64,000 nucleotides of DNA from Phallusia mammillata (taxonomy: Eukaryota), in assembly GCA_965637545.1 (NCBI GenBank), contig OZ281500.1, positions 10,850,001 to 10,914,000 on the forward strand, given 5' to 3'. The stretch's first letter is position 1. Every line of letters starts with the position of its first letter. The notes beneath the pieces were generated by a model that was not told the DNA's origin, ran no database searches, and saw only the letters and a list, made by a program, of their open reading frames with translations. A program made the translations under genes and the position numbers. This document shows, piece by piece, positions 1 through 11,700 of this stretch.

Positions 1-2222
1 CTCTGGGTTTGGGAGATTCTTTAGGCGGTGTTGGAGGTCGTGGTTTCTTAACGTCTGGCCTGGATGGAGGAGCTTCTACAGGTGCGGTGACAGAACGGGG
101 TTTGGATTTTGGAGGTTGCAAATTGTTTGACTCATGAGCATCAGGTTTTTGATTTGTTTGTTTTAATTGGTGAGATGACGATCGCTCTTTTGGATAAGGG
201 GCAGGTTTTATGGAATCGGATTTTTCGTTAACAGGGTTAGGAATGTCAGTGTCAGTGCCATTTTCCTTGATCACCCGATGAGTGTCGTTCGTGTCGATGT
301 CATTAGAAGAAGAGGACTGATCAATGCCATTCGTTTTCGGTGCTTCGGTTTTCGTCGTCGGTCCCGATGTGGATTTGGACCTTCGGAGACGTTTGGCGTT
401 CGCAAGAATTTGAACTACATTTAAGTAAACGAAAACAAGTTCAGGGAATCTTTCTTTTATTTCCCTGTAGCCAGGATATACAGTCATGTCCTTTTCCTCA
501 GTGTCCTCACTCTTGGCATCATGCGGAAAATGTGAAACATGAAATACCAGGAAAGTTTGAATGATGTCAAACACATCGTTAATGTCATTTGGTAGATGTT
601 TTCCCGACTTATGTCCTGTGTTTAGTGATTCTAGGCTACCGTCGAAACTTAGCAACCAACCCAACTTCGAGATCGCTATGTCAGCACAAATTTCCTGAAC
701 CTAAATAAAAAATAAAATCTTAGCCTTAGACTTTAGAGTCTCAACATTATTATTACATTCTTACTAATACCAGCAGTATCAAATAAGTAAAAACAACGCC
801 TCTCATTTATAACGTCACTATATGACGTAACATTGAGCAGCAAGCAACAATCACAACTTGTGAAAAATTGGTTTGAAACAAAAACGTTCACCCTTGTTGT
901 TTGATGTGTTTTAAGACATATGTACACGTTATGCTATGATAATAATGATAATTATCTTTACGGAAACTGCAAAATTTCTGTTTTACTACCTTAATTAGTA
1001 GTAAAACCACATTTCGTTCACGAAACCCCACTTCAATACCACACTAGGTTTGATAGGGCGTTTACTTCAGTCATGACGCTTACCTCCTTCATTTCCGTGA
1101 TAATTGCTGCCTGCAGAGTTGGTAGCACATTCTCATGGGTAATTTCCAGCACACCAGAATAGGCAAACTTGAGTATGGGTCGCAGTCCAGCTGCTGAGCA
1201 CTTAAATCCAACTTCGGTGACGTTTCCTAAAATCATTTTCGTTTTCGGGTCCACGAAGTGAGATCTGAGGAAGTTGGTTTAAAGAATTAGAAAAGTGGAA
1301 TGTTGTTGTTTTTGACCTTTGAAACGTTTTAAAGTCAAACTTTCACTTCAAAATTCTGAGAAAGTCGCTGGCGTTAATAACAACCACAAACGAGGTCGCG
1401 AGGGCAAACGAGGGCATCCTACGCAACTTCAACTCGCTATGTTTGTTCAAACATTATGCAAATCATTAAATCTATTCCTAATAAAATGCGCAACCAATAC
1501 TAGACTTCATACAAAAGCAATCTATTCCAGTCACTGAATCCGTTATTTCCCTAAAGTAATGAAATGAATTTACGTAGTCCATTGCAAAATAACGGAGGAA
1601 GTTGCGTATTTTAAAACACATTGTATATTTATACATCAATAGATTAAGGGGAATATATTTCGTTTAACAAAGTCTCGCCAATACATTGTACATTGTTAGA
1701 CGTAGGCATATTTTAGAATAGTCCAGCATAGCAGCAATAAAATTTCGTTGTATATGACTTTAAACATCTTCACTTTACCTGTTTAGAGAAATTTGACGCG
1801 TGTAACATGTTTTCTATACAAGGGATGGGAACAAAAAATCTAGGTTAGATTCGTTGAAGGAAACCCAAAATGTTTTTGTTTTATTTGTAAGAATCGAAGC
1901 AGATACTCTAATATTGCATAAATAGCTTGAAGTAGTCGTTTTGCATTTAATCCGACAACCTTCTCGTGACTCACCGGAACATACCGCCACAAGCTGCTAG
2001 CACTACTTTGTGGGCCGCTAAATCCACGTCGTAAGCCTTAAGCGTGACATCAAAGAACATATTCTTCTTTCGAAATTCGTCCAACCGCTGCAGAAGCTTG
2101 TCACCATATTGCGCCACTTCCTGGTTCCATTTAAACTGTACGAACTCAACGTGTTTTGAATTTGAAGTTTTTTCTGAAACTTTTATAGCTGACGAACCGG
2201 CGATCTCACTTTCTGGTTCCAT
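1..2222 (-). CDS. BTB/POZ-domain protein (KLHL-like N-terminus), 5' part; continues past the window edge
   Basis: Exons 2222-1975, 1264-1084 and 700-<1, with GT-AG introns and consistent phases. Spliced product has BTB hallmarks (FFDVTL...LAAHKVVLAACGGMFRSHF...LRPILKFAYSGVLEITHENV...LQAA), then VQEIC... and an open Pro/Lys/Ser-rich stretch to position 1. Confidence 0.85.
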
Positions 2223-2542
2223 ATTTAAGTTTAAGCAAAAGCAATTTGAGCATAACCCTAGGTTTCCATGTACATGGGAAATGTTTGCCTATTAAATGAA
2301 AGCTTTTTCATGAAACTGGAAATAAACAAGTCCTTTCTTGGACTGCTTTTTTCTGGGTCTAGTATCCAGACAGCAAACAGTATTGGCCGTGTGAAGGGAG
2401 TCACATCCTATTAGACCTGTGAACTGTACACTCATCAGTAAAGGTAACGCTTTGAAGTGGTAACGCCTAACTGCTGACTACTTTACATGCCAAAACAAGC
2501 ACGACTAAAAACCAACATACTTCGCTGTGTGACTGTCTAAGG

Positions 2543-2996
2543 CAGTGCTTTTCAACCGGGTGTATTGTACACCCCAGGGTGTACCATAATTTTTAAAGGG
2601 TATACCATTTTGATGGGGTGTACTGGGGTGTACCAGATACAAAATATAATATACCTATGACCCAGGCATCACAATAGGCAGGTTTCAGTTTTAGAACAGA
2701 CTGACTGGAGTGTACAATATATGGCACAACATGCATCTCAAGTGTACGTTGATTTTAAGTTACAAAACTCTATTTGTGACATCATAATTCAATATTTCAC
2801 TTGATAATCGTTGTTAATGGTAGTTATTTTTGAAATTATGGATTATGGCTTGTTGGTGTTGTGCTCATCATCATTATTTCTGTTGGGACCACAGATTTAG
2901 TGTGTTACAGGGTTGAATAATTTTTTCACTAGGGTGTACAAATTTTGAGTAAACGTTAAAAGGGTGTACAGTTTCAAAAAAGGTTGACAAGCACTG
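2543..2996. mobile_element. hAT-type MITE (454 bp)
   Basis: TIRs CAGTGCTTTTCAACC / GGTTGACAAGCACTG (14/15). Exact 8-bp TSD GTCTAAGG at 2535-2542 and 2997-3004. Subterminal GGGTGTAC repeats. Confidence 0.9.
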
Positions 2997-3903
2997 GTCT
3001 AAGGTTAAGCATCACGTAACAAAAAGGGTGGATCAGTGTGACCTTTGAGCTAATCACAAAACACAACGGCAGACACCACCACGTTCCCTGACGCTTTAAC
3101 TTTTGTATACAATACCCTGTTCCTGTCACTTGTTTACATGAAACGCAAATGTACACTGTCGCGTATCCTGAAACAGTATCCTGTCATACACCCAAGTACG
3201 CTGCAGCACCAGTTTCCTAACACCTACACATTTTCACTAACATAAAACGCATTCGCAGTATGTTATGTCACGACTTATCAATAATGTATTGTCGTCGAAG
3301 AAATAGACTCTGGGCGTTTCCCAATAATCTAATAGATCGAAATGTACTATAACGTATAGCACATACCTTTGTTTTTCATTGCATAACAAAAGCTACCACT
3401 GTGCTACATTGAAAAAGTTGAATAGGTCTTATGCGTTGTGCAACAAGCACACTGCGAGCTGTGGGTCAATCAATAGACTGGCTTCCTTCTCCACAGTTGT
3501 TGTTCAGCATGACTTACTCTGTCGCATATACGTCACACTTGCCTGCGGCGCAGGAACCCGACCTACCGATTGTTGCTTTCGGTAATTGAAGCAGTTATTT
3601 ACTGTTAGATGAAAGTCGAAACGATTTATAACTTAGAGATATAGACTAAACGTGTCGCCTGGAAACCCTAACTTTTTCGCTCCGACAAACCAATGCAATT
3701 TTACAACACACACTAACCACGATCCTTTTTACTACTGCATTTGTTCGTCTGTGGTTGGTTTTATTTCAGCAATAAAAAGGTAGTTCGATAAATGAAAGAC
3801 GCAAGGTTTTAAAATAAATCAAGTTCAGAATACATAGATGTAATCCCATATTGGATTAACGTGCTTCAAGAAATAAAATATTTGGGGTTTTAAATGTCTA
3901 GAT

Positions 3904-4227
3904 CAGTGCTCTTCAACCTTTTTTGGTTTGGTGAACCCTTAAAGTTGTTGGGACGAACTCGTGCACCCTGTTTGGTCTCGAAGTACATTAAGGGGCAGGC
4001 ACATTTTTGATCGAAAACTATTGACGTAAATTAACATCAATCCGCACTCTATGCAAAATGTCTTTTGACATAGATATACGTATTTTTTCTAATATCCTGA
4101 AAGTCAAAATATTAATGGTTCATTAAAAGTTTGTGATGCACCCTTGTATACCCTTTTGTACTGGTGCACCCCATGCATATTTTGGTGCAACCAAGGGTGC
4201 ACCGTGCACACCGGTTGAAGAGCAATG
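3904..4227. mobile_element. hAT-type MITE (324 bp), TIR-related to the 2543 element
   Basis: TIRs CAGTGCTCTTCAACC / GGTTGAAGAGCAATG. Exact TSD GTCTAGAT at 3896-3903 and 4228-4235. GGTGCAC-type subterminal repeats. Confidence 0.9.
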
Positions 4228-4235
4228 GTCTAGAT

Positions 4236-4444
4236 CAGTAGTTCTCAAACTGTGCGTCGCGACGCCCAGGTGCGTCGTTTCAATTTTCCAAGGACGTCGC
4301 AGAATGTTTCGTGACTTTTTGTTGTTGTATTAATAAACACAACTTTAATATTAAGTTTGCTCATTAACTTTTATTTGCTGGTGCGTCGCAAGTCCAGGAA
4401 ACTTTTCCAGAGGCGTCGCAACAAAAAAAATTTGAGAACCACTG
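4236..4444. mobile_element. Second hAT-type MITE family (209 bp) abutting the previous element
   Basis: TIRs CAGTAGTTCTCAAA / TTTGAGAACCACTG. Flanks GTCTAGAT (4228-4235) and GTCTGGAT (4445-4452). Internal GCGTCGC repeats. Confidence 0.85.
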
Positions 4445-4669
4445 GTCTGGATAACAACTGTTCAAATTGTAGAATTTAGTTTTAAGGGTTTATTACTCGA
4501 TCATTACCTTGCTCAAACAATCATGCAAACCCAAAGCTGTGCTAGAACACTTCTTTTGCAACTTTTAAAAAATCACAATGAACTTCTGAGGGCAGCATAT
4601 AGATTTACGGTATCTGGGGGCTTAATTATTTCTTCGGTGCTCGTGCTCAATTGTCTTGATTCTCTGATG

Positions 4670-4740
4670 CAGTGTTTCTCAACCCTTTTTACTTTGCGCC
4701 CCCCTTAGGGGTTTCCTAACATAACGCGACCCCCACCAGA
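4670..4740. mobile_element. Probable left end of another hAT-type MITE
   Basis: CAGTGTTTCTCAACC resembles the neighbouring TIRs. No convincing right TIR or TSD found. Confidence 0.4.
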
Positions 4741-5795
4741 ATGTGTTTACACATTTACTAACAAACGTCGCATAGAAAATCTCTAAAAGTTGTGGTTATG
4801 ACTCATGTCACCAAAAGACCTTTAAACCGTTTCATGCTTGTGATGTCAAAAACCCAAAACCACAATCACACAGAAGTATATATTACCACAAATGCTGTTG
4901 TGACAATTCTAAATCAAACTGCCGTGTCAGTTAGGTACTAGGCTATGTTAAACAGAAGTCACAGGCAAAGTTTTAATGATACGGCTAAATCATTTTGAGC
5001 TTGGTTGCGTCTCAAATGTAACGTTTTTTAAAAAAAAAATGTGCCAGAAACAATTTACTAACAGAAATTTTAAAAAGTCATGAGGTTTGGTTAACTCAGG
5101 GATTATCAAAAATTACTTGAAAATCAGTAAAACAAGTTTTTTTCGAGAAATGCTTTTGTGTTGGCAAATTTAAATCACATTGTTTTTATTAAAATAGAAT
5201 TCTTGCTAATTTTGTTATTCTTTTCAAATATCATCACCAAAAACCATACCGGTATGCTAAGAAAACGAGAAATTTTTGTGATAACTAAGTCACGCATCAT
5301 TAACTCTCAAAATCGTGTTTTCCAATGTTGAAATCTAAACAAAACAGCTGACTGTGCGGCGAAGAAGTATAGTGGCACTGGGTCATGTCTAGTTTTTATT
5401 ACGTTTGTTCGCAACCGCATCACTTCTTGGTTAGTTGAGTTAGGTTTAGAATACTGAGGTTGCTGGAAAAGTAAACGTAAATTTCGTGCTGTCAGTAATA
5501 TTTAGTATCTGTTATTCAATAAAAAAAAACAAGATTGTTTTTCGGAATTTTATAGGCAATTTTTATTCTTTACAAGATAAGACGCACTACACCAGTTTTG
5601 GACATTTTATGAAGGAATTTTTGAAACTTTTTTTTATTTGGAACTTTACTTAATGTATCTTTTCTAAAAACATTTTTTTGTGTGAACAACACTTCATTAT
5701 TTCTAAACTATTTGTAATTTTGTTTTGTAGAAATTTTTGCCATGGACATGGCATTTACAAATATTTTGTAGTGCTAATTTTTATACAATGGAAAA

Positions 5796-8700
5796 ATGGT
5801 TGTCCATCAGCCAGAAATACAAAATCTCTCCAAGGAGATGAATCGTTTCATAGATTATTTTTTCACATGTGGTCTCTCTGAAGATGAGAAACCAACATTA
5901 TACAGGCACTTTGAAGACCCTGTATCTCCAGGTACGGTAACCTATTTCTAAGAGTTAAAATAAATACAAACATCAATTTCTATTAATCAATCAAATAATT
6001 AATGTATAAAAATAAAATAAATGGAACCAATGTAGCAATTGTTTAACCATTTTTATGTATTTATTAAATTGAATGTTTAAAATATTTTATATATATATAT
6101 ATATAATAAACAAAAAATATTTTTCACAGTGGTAAATTAAAGTAGTTTTCTAAATCTTTCTATCATGGATTAAAATTCCAGACATCATTAACTTTTATCT
6201 GAATTTAGAAACTCACAGAGAAAAACGTTTAAACTCATCAGTCCTTACTCATTTTCCTACAAATTTGCCTGACAACCCTTGGAACTCAGCAGAGGTATGT
6301 ATGCTGTATTAGTTATTGATCCAAGCAGAATATGAGACAAATTTAATCTTGGTTTGTAATTTTTTCCACAGCTTTGGAAACTCTGCACACCAGGAGGTTT
6401 AACTATTGAAATTGGGGATTTACCTCCACGGGGCCCTCATTTTCATTCTTTTATTATCACAAGAGAAGATGCCACTCGAAGCTATGGACATGCTCTTACG
6501 TTCTTCGAGCCATGTGTTAATCCTACTCTGGAAAAGGAAATAACTGGTATGTTGAATTTGTAATTTTAAAGGATCAAAATTTTCTCAAAATTCTCTATCA
6601 ACCAAGGTCACTTAATGGATGGTATGATTTTGGCAAGTTCTATTTCATTGTCAGCTTTTTGAAAAAAGCTCAAATAGGACAGTTTGTCTTGCAAACAGGA
6701 CTTAAAGTCATATTAATACATCAACATAAAAACTAGGTCTATTAGCACTTTTAATCAGCTCTAATTTTGCTGTTGCAATTTCGTGGTTTAGTGATGGGCA
6801 TAAGTTACCACAACAACAGAATTATTTTATGGTGCATGGTCAGCATGTAACCATTTCCACTAATCCCTATGCATTGTTTACTTGACCCATTTGCCTTTTT
6901 ATGATCATTGAACACAAGGCTGCAGTAGGGGTAAAGGGATGCATTTCAAAAGTTTATGATCACAGATTTGATGTTTCTGGAGAAGCCGGAGGGAAAGAAA
7001 ATTTTTGTAGAGAAATGCATTGGGCTTATTACACAGCTTGGCTGGGTCCGCACATGTGAAAAAGTGCTAACAACCTTATACAGGATGTTTGTAAGTGAAG
7101 CTGCACTTCCTTCAACCAGCGGCACAACTCTTCCCATGGAAAGCTATATATACAACCTACTGTATGAGGTAATTCAAAGTTGATGTGTTACCAACCAATA
7201 TAGGTATTTACATTTAGTATTCTATAAAAAAGAGCAAAACTACAAACAATACATAAAAAAATATAAAATGTGAATCCAAATCGGACAGACTTAGCAGTTA
7301 AATTTGAAATAAATCTTCTTTCAAACCTTAATATTTATTTCTCTATTAGTAATGTGTACTTTTTAAATAAAGTTATAACATATAAATATCAATCTTGGAC
7401 TAGCAAATAAATGTTTAAAATGGGCAATCATATTTGTACAACTATGTATGTGGTTCATGTTAACTAGCATAAAAAATCGGTACATTTTCTGTTTGCCACT
7501 GTGATTAATTAAGATTTTGAAAGTTCTAAATTGGTAGAGCACCATAAATACCCCACATGCCAAATTTATTTATTTACTACCCTATTGCTATAAATTCAAC
7601 ATAGTCATCTCATGTTTGCAAGCCCAGTAATTAAATTAGTGACATGCATAACATGTCTAAAGATTTTAAAATGACAAATCCTTCTTTTAAACTTAATTTT
7701 ACATTACATGTTTTCAACATTACACATACCTAACTCCCATTTCACCATTTAAAAAAAAAATTCATGTAGGTTCCTTTGCTAACTCCTGGCTGTAGCTTAA
7801 AAATTGCTTGTTTTGGCCATGATGACCCACTCATTGTGCAACAACCCGACTCTTCAGAGTTGCCATTACTTGACATCAATTTAACAGAGGTTGTGCATTT
7901 GGTTGGCGGAGCAAAAAACCTGATGACCCTTGTTACCTCTGTGTTGTTGGAACATCAGATCTTACTTGTTTCGAAAGGTAGAATTACAATCTTTGTTCTT
8001 TTTGTTCTGTGAAGTATGTTTTTAGACATATATCCTGTTTTGTGTTGATTTGTGGCTGACTTGCGATACACAGTATGCTACAACATGACAAACTTTAATA
8101 TACTATTGCTTCTGCTCTGTTTTATGAAATTAGTAATATAGTTTTTTTATATCATTTTTTTCTCTAAAAAATAGACAGTCAAAGAATGATGACTGTTGCT
8201 GAAGGAATAACTTCACTTCTCTTTCCATTTCAATGGCAGCATACCAATGTGACAGTTTTACCATATGAGCTTGCTACACATTTCTTTGATGCCCCAGTCC
8301 CTTACATTATTGGAGTTTTGATTAAGGGCAATGAGAAAAAACTAATTCGTCAAGCGATTGAGGTTAGTGTCCACTGAAATCAACAAAAGTTTAGGCATCA
8401 TTGTGTATGTAGGTTTAGTATTGTGTAAATTTTGTGAATGGTGTCACATGTTTTGTTCCAGCCACTTGTTTTAGTGTGAGTATTTTTACAGTCGGGTGTA
8501 ATGGTGGCCCACTACAATAATCATTTTCTTGTTTTATTACATTGTTAGTTTTTCAGTAATATAAATATTTGTATTCAAAGACAATTGTGGTGAAATTAAA
8601 TATACAAACCATTATAAAGGTGCTCTTATGGCTCACAATAAAATCAGAATCCAAAATGTACCTTTTCCCATTGTACATGTTCAACTTTACAACAATATTT

Positions 8701-11700
8701 TTGTTTAAAGGTAAATCAGTGCTATGTAGACTTGGATAAGTTCATAGTGGAATCTCCAGAAGAACAACCAACATTTCCAAACCAGCCAGAAATTGTTTGC
8801 AAGATCAAGCATTTTCTTGAGGAGTACCAGGAATGGGTAAAACACCCTTTTAATATCATAAAAAGCATGTTGTAAACCTAAAGACTCGTGCCCTTGTTTT
8901 AGTGATCTGATTTTTTAAGTGTATGGAATTTATTACTAAAGTTTTAGGCTTAGCTGGAAACTAAAATCTTAAACAGATTGTTAACTTTCGTGTTCCTATG
9001 CCATAAAAATTTTGCAGCAATCTGATTCCCAGTACTGTATTTTAATCTTCTAAAATATTACATACTTTTTGTAGCATGAAACAACTAATGAAGCGAATGA
9101 AGGTTTATCCAACAAAGCAAATTCACCAACATTAGACAATAACAACTCCCCCACAGGTTTGTTGCACAATTGACTTTTATCTGCCAAACAAACAGGGAAC
9201 ATTTACCATTATAACTTCTTTTTACAGCAGCAGATCAAATGGAAACCTCAAATTTGAAGGCAAATGAAACTCTGTCTCGGGTTGCAAACATTGCACAGAA
9301 AGCGGGTGTGATTGACTGTGTGGATGACTTGGATAGTTTACACGCAAATGTTGGTGGTTCTGTGTCCAGGGCATCAACAGTCCACAAGGTATATACTGTT
9401 GTAATTACAATCTACCTAATACTTTGCTTGTACCAGTTTTATGGTACAAGGGTGTCAACAGAAGGGTTGCATCAATGACTGACCATGCATCTATCAGTTG
9501 AATGAATTATAGCACATGGTTGCTAAAATAAACAGTTATTGCCCTGGTTTGAGCCTTTTAATTGTAACATTCCCTGAATTAATATATAAAATAAATGGTC
9601 TGTTTTTGTTATTCGTTGATTTTTACACCTTTGTGCCAAACTAATGTAAAAAAACAAACAAACTAATTTTGTCTATTTTTAATAATCTTGTTTTGTTGCT
9701 GCAAACACATTGCTGTTGGTAAAATGGAAATATATTTTTTGCACTGCTCTGGGTATTTTTGGACAGTTTTCGTAGCATTTACTTCAGCAATTTGCAAGCT
9801 CCAGAGTGGTTTTCAATTTTAAGGTTCAAGACGGTGTTTTGAGGGAACAATATTTCAACATCAAAGTTCGTGAGACTGTTGCAGCCTCATTTCTCTCGGT
9901 GTTTGCACAATATGATAAGTTTATCATTCAACCAACTCAAGATGAAAACGGGACATGGAACTTTTCTGTCGACACCCAAGACAACTTTGATAAGGTTGGG
10001 CCACCTTCAATTCATATAACTTATGTGTAAATCTGATACATTTAGAATTTCCTTTTATTGTATTGTCAACTTTAGTTCACATTAAGATGTGACAATATTG
10101 TTACCACTTTTTAAGTTACTGACTTACTTTTCTTGTCAACCATGTTTTCTTTAAAAAAAAAAGATTTTGTCAATATTTTTTGACCATTATTGTGGGGTTT
10201 ATGCTTAAGCCCTTTTTTGTTGTTTTGAATCCTTACAAAGTTTTTAGAGTAGTTTAACTATTTTTCAGTTTTTGTTATCTGTCTTATTTTTGCAGACTTC
10301 GTTTCTCTCTGATCAACCAGAATCTAATCTTCGCTTTTTATGTTCATTTCTCGACACCCAAATGTTTGCCTCGCTCGTTGATAATGCCATTATTGCCCAT
10401 CAAGCCCAGGGGAATGAGCAGGATGTTAAGGTTACATTTTTTATGATGCTAATGGATTTTTATTGCCCTTGGCACTTGTAATTAATAGTTATGGTATTAT
10501 GTGTATCCAAATGTTTTAGTAACCTAATTTACATTCATTTGTTTTACTTCATTTAATTGGACAATCAGAAAATTTGCAGTGGTTTTTATTTTGAATTTTT
10601 AATATGCAGGATAACTTGTTGAGGTTATTTGATGACCGAATCGAGCAAGCTAAATTGCCACCAGATGTGAGAAGTCCAACATCAGCTGATCTGGCCACAG
10701 CTCCCACAAGAAGCTTTTCTGTTTCCTCTGCGTCATATTATGACTTCCATGATGTAAAACCTTTAATCAAAAAGTCACGTAAGTGCCTCATGGTGACATG
10801 ATAAAAAGCTTCACAGAGCCTGAATTTAAAAAAAATGCTCTTTACAGAATCTGCTGTCAAAAAACGTCTAACTCACATTGAAATTGTTAGCGTACCTCCC
10901 CATATTGTTCATGGCCAAGTGTCATCAACAGACACAGGAATTAACATCATGAATATGCCTGGAACCCTACCGAGTTTACAGGTATACAACAATATCGAAA
11001 CTGCAATTTCAATGACCATTAGAGCTTTGTCATTGTTTGTCTTACGTGTGTGTGGACATGGCATAAAATTTTGTTTATATTTTTACAGTCTAGCTTACTG
11101 GAATCTGAAGGAATTGGAACCAAGAAGAGACATTTGCGCCGCAGGGATGAATCACGAGTTGCTTTTAGACAACCTTCACAAAAATGGGTAAGGGTAAATG
11201 CAGCCTGTTAGTTGTGCTTTCAGATGTTAGAAAAATCTGACAAAATAAATTGCTTTTTGTTTTGTTCAGATTATCATAACAAAATATTTTCCTCAGGTAT
11301 TACGGTATTAAATTTACAAAGCACAGAAAAGCATGTTGAATAAGCATCAACAGACCCAATTAACTAATTTAAAGCTTGTCCCATTACTGGTTGTTTACAG
11401 GTCATACAAGGCAACCAACAAGCTATCTGCACCTCTTACTCATTTAAGCGTCATCAGTAGAATGATTTGTACATTTCAAAATCTCACTAATGTTGTACCC
11501 TGTATTACAAAGTTCTATCACAGTGTACCACTTTACCTTGTGATGTAGTTTGGAAAGCTGCTACTCTGGTAGTAACTAGTTCATTTCCTGTTTTAGAGAA
11601 AAATACAGCAGGCAAGGTCAAAGCTTTTACGACAGCCCAGTATGTCAGAATATTCACCAGAGGTCATTGCCCAGACCAACTGGAAATTTGTGGAAAAGCT

